Below are positions 49,601-59,200 of a stretch of 64,000 nucleotides of DNA, in pieces. Source of the DNA: a bacterium (GTDB lineage: Bacteria; Vulcanimicrobiota; Vulcanimicrobiia; Vulcanimicrobiales; Vulcanimicrobiaceae). The DNA lies in NCBI GenBank assembly GCA_021778415.1, contig JAJYCL010000002.1:79686-143685 (forward strand), given 5' to 3'. The translations under genes and the position numbers were made by a program. The notes under the pieces are model-generated. The model worked only from the letters and a program-made list of their open reading frames with translations, was not told the origin of the DNA and ran no database searches. Position 1 is the stretch's first letter. Each line of letters starts with the position of its first letter.

Positions 49601-50790
49601 ATATCGCATTCGAATCGCGGCTCAACGGTGAGTTAGAAAAACTCAAAAGCGCGGGAACGTATAAACATCTTCGGCACATCACCTCGCCAATGGCTCCAAC
49701 AGTGCATATGGAAGAAGCCGGCGACGTGATCGTGCTCTCATCGAACAACTATCTGGGCCTCTCCGATGTTCCCGAGGTGATCGCTGCGGGCAAAGCCGGG
49801 CTCGATAAGTACGGAGCCGGGACGGCATCGGTACGGTTCATCTGCGGAACTTTTGATGTGCATCGTGCGCTCGAAGATCGCATCGCTTCGTTTCTTTCTG
49901 CAGAAGCTGCGCTAACGTACGTATCGTGCTGGAATGCGAATACCGGATTGTTTCCGGCAATTTGCGATGAGGGCTCGGCGATTATTTCCGACGAGCTCAA
50001 TCACGCATCGATCATCGATGGCGTTCGCTTGGCGTCGAAAGCTAAGCGTGCGGTGTACAAGCACGCCGATATGCACGATCTTGAAGAGAAGCTCAAGAGC
50101 GCGCAAGGGTGTGCGCCGATTCTGGTCGTGACCGACGGCGTCTTCTCCATGGAAGGGAGCGTTGCCAACCTTCCGGCCATCGTTGCACTCGCCAAGAAAT
50201 ACGGCGCAGTCACCGTTGTCGATGATTCGCATGGAACGGGTGTGATGGGTCGCACGGGGCGTGGAACCATCGAACATTTTGGGCTCGAAGGCGAGATCGA
50301 TATTATTACCGGAACCCTGGGCAAAGCGCTCGGTGGCGCCGCCGGCGGCTTCGTTGCCGGAAGCAGAGCGTTAATCGAAACGCTGATTCAAAAATCGCGC
50401 CCGCAGCTCTTCTCGAATGCCTTACCGGCGACCGTTGCGTGCAGTGCGCTGGCCGCAATCGAGTATTTGGATGCGCACCCCGAGTTGGTACAGCGTCAAC
50501 GTGAAAACGTGGCGTATTTTCGCGCCGGGTTAGCACGCATCGGACTCAAGCCGCTCGAAGGCGATAGCGCAATCGTCCCCATTATCGTCGGCGAGACGGC
50601 CTTCGCGATTGCGATGAGCGATAAGCTCTTACAACGCGGCGTTTTTGTCACCGGTTTCGGCTTCCCCGTGGTGCCTGAGGGTGCCGCACGAATTCGCGTG
50701 CAGATCAGCGCGGCCCATACCCACGAGCATCTGGATGCCGCACTCGCCGCGTTCGCTGCTGTTGGCAAAGACGTTGGGCTGTTGACGTAA
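49597..50790 (+). CDS. kbl: glycine C-acetyltransferase (2-amino-3-ketobutyrate CoA ligase)
   Basis: ELEKLKSAGTYK.., NNYLGL, DDSHGTG and TLGKALGG (PLP Lys). Overlaps tdh. Confidence 0.92.
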   Translation: MNIAFESRLNGELEKLKSAGTYKHLRHITSPMAPTVHMEEAGDVIVLSSNNYLGLSDVPEVIAAGKAGLDKYGAGTASVRFICGTFDVHRALEDRIASFLSAEAALTYVSCWNANTGLFPAICDEGSAIISDELNHASIIDGVRLASKAKRAVYKHADMHDLEEKLKSAQGCAPILVVTDGVFSMEGSVANLPAIVALAKKYGAVTVVDDSHGTGVMGRTGRGTIEHFGLEGEIDIITGTLGKALGGAAGGFVAGSRALIETLIQKSRPQLFSNALPATVACSALAAIEYLDAHPELVQRQRENVAYFRAGLARIGLKPLEGDSAIVPIIVGETAFAIAMSDKLLQRGVFVTGFGFPVVPEGAARIRVQISAAHTHEHLDAALAAFAAVGKDVGLLT

Positions 50791-51820
50791 TGTTTGCAGC
50801 GCTACTTCTCGCACTCTCGATTGCTCAGGCGTCTCCTCTCCCGAGTCCAAGCCCGACTCCGGTGGCAACGGCAATTCCGCTGAGTGCATATTTTACCGCG
50901 CCGAAGACGATGGACGTGACGCTTGCACCATCGATGCTCTCACCAAGGGCGCGCATGCTTTTTCTTTCCGAACGTAAAGGATCGATTGGCATCCTCGGGC
51001 CGCTCTCATCCTCTTTGAGAAAGAATCAACTCTTACGTCGATCGATGGGCTTGCCACAGCGCTTTCGGCATCGATCCACGCGAGACTGAACGGAGTCTCT
51101 CGATTTTCTGAAGCCCCGGTCCCCATTTGTGGCGGAACGCACACGGGAGTCGACGTTCACTATCAAGCGGTGTTTGCCGGACAATCCGTTGACATCCATC
51201 AAGTTTCCGGAATAGGCCCTGGGTCGGTGGATACGCTAACGTATAGTCGTCCAGTCAATGCTCTTGACGACCCCACTATTAACGCATCGTTGTCGACGCT
51301 TTGCCCACAGCCATTCATACCGGGTCGAGTGAGCTCGGAAATGGATCGGGCTAGCCTCGATGCGGTTGCCCCTTTGCCGAAAGGATGGGTCTCGCTCGCT
51401 GTGGATTCTTCCGCGAATGGGACTCCCGGTGCTCTTCCTTCGTTAGTGCTAAGTGCTCGTCTGGCGGCCACAAGCGATGCATCCGAGGAATACGATGTTT
51501 TTCGAGTATCCATTCCTGTTGGATCGCCTCCTGCGCAACGCTCTCTGAAAAACATTGCGATGTCCGCCGATCAAACGATGCTCGGTCTGTATAAGGGCTT
51601 TCGCAAAATTTCTAGTGCCGTGCGTCCCGGATTTTCGGGAACGGAGCTACAGCCGCAGTCGACATTTCGATTCGGACCACTCGTAATGATGACGCGCTAT
51701 AGCGAAAACGCAACGTCCGTCTATATTATCCGGTACAGTTTTTTAGCGTCGTTAGGCCCCAATCCCGGCGCTCTTAAGGCTATGGATATGCTTTGTGCAA
51801 CGCGGCATGAAAAGACGTAA
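50790..51820 (+). pseudogene. secreted protein gene split by a frameshift near 50.98-51.00 kb (pseudogene or assembly indel)
   Basis: Frame 0 has a signal peptide (MFAALLLALSIAQASP) but degenerates into Arg-rich text and stops at 51089. The next frame is open from 50978 to 51820, reads protein-like (AALILFEKESTLTSIDGLATAL..), and has no credible start or SD before the GTG at 51170. Confidence 0.5.
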
Positions 51821-51856
51821 TTATGGTGGCGATTGTGGGCAAAGCGACAAATGAAC

Positions 51857-51892
51857 AACGACCCTCATAAAATCGCTTTTACAAGGGTCGTT
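51857..51892 (+). terminator. 9-bp stem hairpin downstream of the split gene (large loop; weak)
   Basis: aacgaccct - 18 nt - agggtcgtt followed by a ..ggttttgg stretch. Confidence 0.3.
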
Positions 51893-52014
51893 CCTGGCGT
51901 TGGTTTTGGCTCATCGTAGGGACCCTAAACGCCGTCACCATCGACACTAAGCGGTATTAGTCGATAAAGGACCCATGGCAACAAGCCTCTTGTCAGTCGG
52001 ATTGCCATCGGGAT

Positions 52015-52137
52015 TTAGGCACCGAGCGAGCCGAAGAAGATTGATAGAAGCGATTTCTCGCGCTTTACGAATGCTTCCGCAGTTAGGGCGATGAGGAAAA
52101 GGGAGGCGATCGCCGTGATCGGATGAACGCTTTTCAA
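52015..52137 (-). CDS. 40-aa hydrophobic peptide translationally coupled to the upstream gene (candidate)
   Basis: TTG start at 52137, preceded by GGAGGTGA that spans the upstream stop codon. Peptide: MKSVHPITAIASLFLIALTAEAFVKREKSLLSIFFGSLGA. Confidence 0.35.
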   Translation of the reverse strand: MKSVHPITAIASLFLIALTAEAFVKREKSLLSIFFGSLGA

Positions 52138-52142
52138 ATAAC

Positions 52143-52628
52143 TCACCTCCCTTCGGCCGTTGCTAAATCGCGAAGCGTCGCAGCGACGGTTTCGGCTGCT
52201 TTTACCGGTGGGACTTGCCGATCGAACGACCACTGTTGCGACGGCCGACGTTCTGGCGTAGCAACTCGAGGTCCGACGTAAGGAATGAATGGATCACTTT
52301 CATCGTCGTTGCCGCCAGCGTGATTGAATAGTAATACGACGTAGAACGCACCGAAATTGCGCGGCGCGTAGGGGTTGTCGATCCGGTCGGACTGTCCCAT
52401 CTCCTCGCCGAGAATAAGCCAGAATGATTTCATCCAACCATCGCGAGTTATGGCCTTACGATTCAGATCGTGCCGCCTAACGAGTGATTTCAGCTCCTCC
52501 GTTGGTAATGCCAAGAGCCGGGTCAGCGCGAGGTCAGCCAATAGCGATGCGTTGCCGTTGGAAACAACTTTGGCGGTGCTCGCCAACTTTTCTGCTACTG
52601 CGTCGCTGAGGCTTAAGGCGCTCTTCAT
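52143..52628 (-). CDS. hypothetical protein with a ribbon-helix-helix-like N-terminus
   Basis: MKSALSLSDAVAEKLASTAK...ASLLADLALTRLLAL fits a strand-helix-helix pattern. The C-terminal ~110 aa are of unknown type. Confidence 0.55.
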   Translation of the reverse strand: MKSALSLSDAVAEKLASTAKVVSNGNASLLADLALTRLLALPTEELKSLVRRHDLNRKAITRDGWMKSFWLILGEEMGQSDRIDNPYAPRNFGAFYVVLLFNHAGGNDDESDPFIPYVGPRVATPERRPSQQWSFDRQVPPVKAAETVAATLRDLATAEGR

Positions 52629-52634
52629 GGTGTC

Positions 52635-52662
52635 ACCATATCAGTAATCTGAAGGGCGTCAA
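52635..52662 (-). promoter_or_regulatory. candidate sigma70-like promoter placing the TSS at or near the ATG (leaderless)
   Basis: On the minus strand: TTGACG - 16 nt - TATGGT - 6 nt - ATG (52628). Confidence 0.25.
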
Positions 52663-53092
52663 GGCAAAACTGGCGCGATTTTGAATTTTGCACGATTCTG
52701 AGATGGCGCAAGTTAAAAATGGTCACCTCGATGTTTGAATTATAGGGTACGGTGGCTCAGGCCAGAGCGTTCATTCGCCAGTCTCGTGTAATAGGCGGGA
52801 TGACCGGCCTCGGTTGTGACCGCTGCGGAACCATGAACACTTAGCTATGGGAACGCCGAGTAAAGAATCGCCGAGAGATGTTGCGCGTAGCCGCAGATGC
52901 CGACGGGAGGCGAATTGGATTTGCAGCAAATGCGGTACTGAGTCATTGCTCGAGAAGCGCAAGATAACCAGTGCAGTTTGCACCCCAATCCGCTGGATTG
53001 AAGCAGCCCCTTCATAGGATACGGCGCGATTCTGATGCTCATCGCAATACGCGGTCGACATGCGACGCGAGGCAGGCGGGTGCCCGAAATTT

Positions 53093-53124
53093 AAAAGGCC
53101 ACGCATGATGCGCGGCCTTCTTTT
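53093..53124 (-). terminator. rho-independent terminator closing the R-M-linked operon
   Basis: Minus-strand RNA: ggccgcgca-ucau-gcguggcc (one G:U, favoured on this strand) followed by UUUUAAAUUU. It lies 17 nt after the 82-aa gene stop. Confidence 0.7.
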
Positions 53125-53140
53125 GATGAGTTATCGTGAT

Positions 53141-53389
53141 TTACGCGACGGCCAATTTGCTGGCAAGTCTTGTTGTCGTCACCCGTAGTTCTTCGGCGAA
53201 CTGCCTGTAAGTAGCCGGCGCATTACTGTCGGCCCCGACCAAAACCTGAGCAACTTCGCGGGCGACAGGCTCGTTAATGGAGTCTGCGATCTTGCGGGCA
53301 TAAGTGCCCGAGCCGCGCGACATCATCTCAACGATCTGCTGCAGCTTCGTCATGTCCTCCGGGCGTATTCCGCGGAACTGCTTGCTCAT
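53141..53389 (-). CDS. 82-aa protein with a C-terminal HTH-like segment
   Basis: GGAGG lies 7 nt upstream of the ATG. ATYRQFAEELRVTTTRLASKL resembles an HTH recognition unit. Confidence 0.6.
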   Translation of the reverse strand: MSKQFRGIRPEDMTKLQQIVEMMSRGSGTYARKIADSINEPVAREVAQVLVGADSNAPATYRQFAEELRVTTTRLASKLAVA

Positions 53390-53443
53390 AAATGACCTCC
53401 TTCGGTTCTCTGGCTATAATTCCCACGTTCCCCTTGCCCCAGG

Positions 53444-55141
53444 CTAGGGCTTGATTTGGGTTAAATCCAGGAGTGAGAGGTAGCCCGTGGCCTGGTCGTC
53501 ATGCCTGCCGTCCGCTGTCCATTCTTTCGACATTTTGCTCCCTAGTTTAAGAACCACGCCCTCTGCCCCGGGTTCCAGGGGTATGGGCCTGCTTGCTCCC
53601 TGAAAGGCTTCACGCCAAAGGGCGATGCTACGATCTTCGTAGCCGCCAACTCTATTTGCCAAGTCGACCATCCCGGCTGCCGTCAGCGTCAAGACAGACG
53701 AACGGGGGTCTTCGGCCAAAACCGTGGCATAGCGGTCGGGCCAACGCGCTGGCACCTGGGCGGCGTCCAAAAGCAATGCGATTACTAGCGTAGGCCCGAC
53801 CGACCTTACCAATTCCGAAACGGGGTCCTGTCGTGCAAGATCCTCACAGATCAGAACGCAGAACGTCAGCCAGTCGTTCGCATTGAAGAAGATGCATGAG
53901 CGATTCTCAATTTGGATTCCTTCCCACCACGCGCCGTTGTCTTTCCTAGGGGGAAGCTTCGAAAGTGCGTAGCTGTTTGCTTGTTGCTCGTCAATACGCC
54001 AACGATGATGTTTGCTTTGCAGATAGGGCTCGTCTAATTCCGCATGAACAGAAATCGCGACATTGTTTGCTCCGAGCCGATCTGAGTTGGCGCCGCCAAC
54101 CCCAGAGACGATCAATGGCACTTTGAAGTTGTCCTGGATCCGCACTCGGAGCTTGGAGAACTGTTCTGGAGTCATGGCAAGTTCGGGCAGTACAACCCCA
54201 TGTATATCGCCGACTGCCTTTTGAGCGGCACGAAGCAAATTCTCAATTTTATCAATATCAGAGTCGCTAAATGGAATGTCGTAATCGAATAAGCCAACGC
54301 GGTCGGGAAGGCGTAGATTGTGACAATCGGCCGCGGGATGGAACGCTGCGGGATCAATGGTCATCGGCCATGGCACAAGCAGCAAGTTCATTTCTCGGTC
54401 TGGGATATCGAGCCGTATGTTTTCCCACGATCCGACCACTTCGGGTCTGTCCCACAGTGCGATGTTGTGCGTCAAGGAGCGTAGAGTCATACCCGTAAAC
54501 GGGTTGTGAGCCTTGGGCAAAACGGCGCATCGCGACGAATGAATGGACTCGCATAGAGTCTTGTCAATCGACAAATTTGCATTAGCGCGGCCTTCCTTTT
54601 CGCTCATAGCGCCGCTGCTCCTAAAACCAAAGCCAGCACAAGCAGCATCGCACGCGGCTACGATTCCGACAAGAGCGATAAACAGATCTCGCGTGTCGCA
54701 GATTTTGGCGACAGGAATACTCAAGTGGGTTAAGACCACTTTCCACCACGTTTTTACTTGAGCCGGCATCGTGGCGGAATTTGCGTCGCATGAGTTGCGC
54801 CACTCGTCCGCAATTTTCTCGATCGCTTGCTGCCACGCCGTCGTGTCGGTGTACTCGGCGGGCGGCCAAGTATTGGCCACTTCGCGATATGCGCCACTCC
54901 TCTTGAGAAGGCTTGCAGCAATAGCGAAGGCGTCGGGGGGCCACGCTATTTCTACGGAAGTTCGCACGGAAGGATTGAGATAATCGAGGATATCGCCAAC
55001 CGTTTCTACAGTACTTACTGACAATCGTGAGCCCTTTATGTTGTTGCTAGTGTTGCGGCTTAAGGGATCCGACTGAAGGATCGTTTTCATGGCCGCAAAT
55101 TTTGCACCGATCTTGATTCCATGGCGGATGCCCGAGGTCAT
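53444..55141 (-). CDS. 565-aa protein: unknown N-terminal ~250 aa plus a C-terminal nitrilase-superfamily (CN-hydrolase)-like domain
   Basis: Motifs in canonical order and spacing: first strand REMNLLLVPWP, Glu motif GDIHGVVLPELAMT (E320), Lys motif YLQSKHHRWRID (K377), Cys motif FCVLICEDLARQDP (C432). The start is uncertain (55141 or 55090). Confidence 0.7.
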   Translation of the reverse strand: MTSGIRHGIKIGAKFAAMKTILQSDPLSRNTSNNIKGSRLSVSTVETVGDILDYLNPSVRTSVEIAWPPDAFAIAASLLKRSGAYREVANTWPPAEYTDTTAWQQAIEKIADEWRNSCDANSATMPAQVKTWWKVVLTHLSIPVAKICDTRDLFIALVGIVAACDAACAGFGFRSSGAMSEKEGRANANLSIDKTLCESIHSSRCAVLPKAHNPFTGMTLRSLTHNIALWDRPEVVGSWENIRLDIPDREMNLLLVPWPMTIDPAAFHPAADCHNLRLPDRVGLFDYDIPFSDSDIDKIENLLRAAQKAVGDIHGVVLPELAMTPEQFSKLRVRIQDNFKVPLIVSGVGGANSDRLGANNVAISVHAELDEPYLQSKHHRWRIDEQQANSYALSKLPPRKDNGAWWEGIQIENRSCIFFNANDWLTFCVLICEDLARQDPVSELVRSVGPTLVIALLLDAAQVPARWPDRYATVLAEDPRSSVLTLTAAGMVDLANRVGGYEDRSIALWREAFQGASRPIPLEPGAEGVVLKLGSKMSKEWTADGRHDDQATGYLSLLDLTQIKP

Positions 55142-55566
55142 GAATCATTTCACGCTCAATATCCTCGAAGCCATCCGTAGGAAAGACGTAAACGTCGATC
55201 TCATCGCCGGCTGCGGCGTACTGATAGAATTTGGGCATTGACGTAGCACGTTGTGCGCGGGCCGCCCTTAAACGACTGCCGTGGGCCCGGTCTTGTCAAC
55301 GTACATGACGCGGTCGCCAATTTTGAGGAGGTACACTCCGTGGCCCTTGGGGACATCGCGAGGAACCGGGAATTCGCAGAAGGGGCCGCGACCATGGAGA
55401 TGCGGCTCTTGCTATCTGCGAGATGGGAGTCAAGCGTCGTGTGGAAACGCCAGTTGTCGTCGTCCGCTCTCAATGTATCTGGTGGCAGCGTGTACGTCGC
55501 CTTTTCGTGCCCGCCACGGATTGTGCGTTTTCCACTCGGTCGCTTCATCGTAGGCGTTGGCTTCAT
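55047..55566 (-). pseudogene. GIY-YIG-like nuclease gene broken by two frameshifts
   Basis: ATG 55566 forms an ATGA overlap with the DUF45 stop. Frame 1 reads MKPTPTMKRPSGKRT..ISMVAAPS. The next frame reads EFPVPRDVPKGHGVYLLKIGDRVMYVDKTGPTAVV*. The third reads ..SRLRAARAQRATSMPKFYQYAAAGDEIDVYVFPTDGFEDIEREMIHDLGHPPWNQ.. Confidence 0.45.
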
Positions 55567-56276
55567 GATTGCCACTCTTGATGGCTTACTGGAAGTTCGT
55601 TCAATAGGTCCCGCCGCAAACGCCAGTTGGGCATAAGGCGGTCCATGGCGCCCGTGAAACGGGCGTTATGCGTCGGCTCCAGTAGATGAACCATCTCATG
55701 AAGGAGCACATATTCAAGGCACTCTTTTGGCTTCTTCGCGATATCCGTGTTGAGTCGGATTGATCCTGACTTGTGGCTGCAGGAACCCCACTTCGTTTTC
55801 ATGCGCTGAACCGTAATCTTGTCGACCCCGACTCCGACCACGGGGGCCCAACGTGCGATTAACGCAGGCACTGCTGCTTTCACTTGCTCCCGATACCAGC
55901 CGGCCAATAGTGCGTCTTTTCGCTCGACCGTTGCTTCGACGGGAACGTGTAGGATGAGGTTCCTATGATTGATCGTTACTGAAGCCCTTTTAGATTCGGC
56001 GACACGCAACAAGTAGCGTTTGCCCCAAACGAAGTGGCTTTCGTTTGCAAGAAATTCGCGAACCATCTCCCGATGCTGTGTGCGTAATTTGAGTTGCTGC
56101 CGTCGAATCCAACCGAGTTTAGTGATGGCGAATACACGAATGGTTTCGATATCCGTTTGATGCGGTGCCGAAACGGTCACGCGGCCCGAGGGCGGGTGAA
56201 CACTCAGATGTACGTTTTTAATATCCTTAAAGTGTACGGCAACCAATAAGTCACCGACGTTCAAATGTGCCAGCAT
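55563..56276 (-). CDS. DUF45/YgjP-like (M48-type) metallopeptidase, R-M associated
   Basis: HEMVHLLEPTHNARF (HExxH) and KWGSCS. The start overlaps the hsdR stop (TGATG). Confidence 0.85.
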   Translation of the reverse strand: MLAHLNVGDLLVAVHFKDIKNVHLSVHPPSGRVTVSAPHQTDIETIRVFAITKLGWIRRQQLKLRTQHREMVREFLANESHFVWGKRYLLRVAESKRASVTINHRNLILHVPVEATVERKDALLAGWYREQVKAAVPALIARWAPVVGVGVDKITVQRMKTKWGSCSHKSGSIRLNTDIAKKPKECLEYVLLHEMVHLLEPTHNARFTGAMDRLMPNWRLRRDLLNELPVSHQEWQS

Positions 56277-59200
56277 CAGTACTCGTCCTGGGCCTTCACG
56301 ATTGCAAATACGCGTTCAACTTCATCGTCATCCTGGAGAACCTCGTAGATAATCTCTTTGACCTTGCGTTCTTTGGCTAGCATGCCGCGCCAAGCGTCCG
56401 GCCGACGCTCACGGATGATCTCATCTAGCCGTAGCGCCAAATCTTCATTTCGTGCCAAGCTATTCCATAGTGCGCGCTTGCCCGGCGTATCAAGTCGTTC
56501 GGGCGAATCATCCATGCGGCCGGCAATGGCTTGTTTAGCGAGTTCACTAATTTGTTTGAGGTACTCTCGATACTTGATCGCATTGGATTTACGAGCCTCG
56601 ATGACTTCTTTTAGCAACGAGGAGATAGTCTCGTAGTAGATCGGGTCGGAAAACCGCTGTTTAACGATCGTCTTACGGATGTTGTTTTCGATGACCTCGG
56701 CGACGATCTCCGCATTCATTGTTCTGCCTCTAAAATGCTGCTCGACGGCCTTCGTAACGCCGATACGCCCGATAAGGTCCAAAAGGGACATAGCTAGCGA
56801 CGTATCTAGCGACGAGAAGACACTCCGCGGTGCATCTGCTTCAATGTAGACATCTATCAAGTGTCTCATATCAGCCTCGAAGGGCTTAAGGTCCAACGTT
56901 TCGCCACTTGCCTGGCGAACAAGGTCGCGAATGTTGACGTAATATTCGCGTAGTTGCTTAAGCTCCAAGACATCATCGGGGGTGTATCCTGCGCCTGCCA
57001 TCTCATCAGCGATATCTGCAGTTGCGCGCACAAAATCCACGGTTGCCCTGTATAAGGCTACGCGCCGAGGTTGCGTCTCAACAAGGTCCGATTCAATTTC
57101 GGAGTTTCCGCAGAAGTATTGAATAAATTGCAATTCGCCGCGAGGAGATGCCACCGGTTCGCAGAGGCCGAAGAGCGTCTCTCTTGCGTCTTCGATCCGT
57201 TGTCGCCCGCGAACAAGTCGGTCCTGAATAAGAATTTCCGGTTCCGACCCTGGCGCTTCATCGTCTAATTCGGACGCGTAGACCGCCATCGCGCCTTCGA
57301 CCTTCTTGAAAAGGTCCTTGTAGTCAACGACGGTGCCGAATTTCTTGGTTTCATCGTCGAGCCGGTTCGTGCGGCAAATCGCCTGGAAGAGGCCGTGGTC
57401 CTGCATGGATTTGTCGATGTAGAGAACGCTGCACGGTGGCGCATCAAAGCCTGTTAGTAATTTGTCCACAACGATCAGCAGACGCATGCTGGCTGGTTCT
57501 TTGATAAACTTTGCCTTGACATCGTCCTCATAGGTTTCGGTCGCAGTCTTGCCGGGTTTCGGTATTATATTCGCCAATAGATCGGTATATATGCGGTAAA
57601 TAAATTGCTTCTCGGTTTCGGTATTAGCGCCAGTCTCCTCAAGCGTAATATCGCGAACCTGAGGATTGTAAGACGTGACAATGGCGCACTCGCCTTTGAG
57701 GCGCGTGGACTGGAACAGTTCGAAATACCGGCATGCCTCGTAGATGCTTGATGCAACAAGGATTGCATTCCCGAGTCTACTGGCTAAACGAGCGTTTTTC
57801 ATAAAATCGAAAATGATGTCATTAACAACGCGCGATATGCGTGATCGCGAACTGAGCACTATCTGCATGGTGCTCCAATGTTTCATGAGTTCGTTTTTTT
57901 GCCACTGGTTAAGCTCGCGAGTCGTGCATGCAAACCATTCGTCGATCGTTTCGGGCGAGCCAAGCGATTGGTCTATATCACGCGCGTCATAGACCAAATC
58001 AAGGACGACACCGTCTTCAACAGCTTCTTTAAACTGGTACCTATGGATGTAGCCGCCGAACAAGGCAAGCGTCGACTGCCGATCTTGCTTGAGAAGCGGA
58101 GTGCCGGTAAACCCAATGAACACGGCATTCGGCATGATCGCACGCATGGCACGGTGTAACTTGCCGCTTTGCGTGCGGTGCGCCTCATCAACGAAGATGA
58201 AGACGTCGCCAACAGTTTGGCTAGGCTTATCGCCGAGGTCTTTGATAAAAGCCTCAAAATTGTCGATGTTTCTCGGGCCGAATTTATGAATGAGGGAGCA
58301 TAGCAAGCGCGGCGTTGCTTGACCGAGTTGTTGCAACAAATCGCGACCACTCGCCGTTCGCTTTATCGGCTCTCCAACAGCGTTGAAAACGCCCTCGATC
58401 TGCTTATCAAGTTCATCTCTGTCGGTAATGATGGCCACTCGCGCATTTGGAAGGTTCTCGAGAATCCATTTAGCGAGAAAAACCATAACGATGCTTTTGC
58501 CGCTGCCCTGCGTGTGCCAGATGATGCCACTTTGTTTGCGCGCGACGTATTCTTGAGCGGCCTTAATCGCAAAGTACTGATGCGGCCGTGGTAGCTTTTT
58601 CCAACCGTTATCAAAGAGTACGAAATTCTGCATTAACTCAACGATGCGTGCTTTACTGCAGATCTTGCGCAAGTACTTGTCGATCTTGAATCCCGTGTTG
58701 TCGGATTCGTCTTCTTTCCAGTCGACAAAGAACTTCTCGGGGGTAAGTATTGTCCCGTACTTGAGACCTTCCGAATCGTTTCCGGCAAACACGAACTGGA
58801 TGGTGCTGAAGAACCACGGGTGAAACTCAGGCTGCTGGTTCGAAAGATTCTGCCGAATGCCGTCACCGATGCTGATTCGGCTGTTTTTTAGCTCGATTAC
58901 GCCAATCGCAATACCGTTGATGAAAAGGACAAGGTCCGGCCGACGATCATGGTCGCCACTAAGCGTGACCTCTTGGGCAATCCCAAAATCGTTCTTCTCG
59001 GGCTCGTTCCAATTGATGAGATGGACTGTTTTCGTCATCTCGCCTACCGCGGTTTTTACGGGAATGCCGTAGCGCAGCAACTTGTAGACTTCCTGATTGT
59101 TTTCGTACAACGAGCGCTGCGGATTACGCGCTTCAGTTTTGAGGGCGTAGATCGCCTTGGAGATTTGTTCCGGGGAGTAGCCGCTGCGGACAAGCCAATC

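Noticed and set aside
51821-51860. Left-border direct repeat (att) of the tRNA 3' end
   Set aside because: tggtggcgattgtgggcaaag..aaatgaac only loosely resembles tggttgcgggggcaagatttgaac (about 7/11 and 6/8 matches, with a 5-nt gap). That is too weak to call without an alignment statistic.
52771-53106. 111-aa and 65-aa minus-strand ORFs in the gap between the two island operons
   Set aside because: No SD, odd composition, and the start lies inside the terminator hairpin. More likely non-coding spacer.
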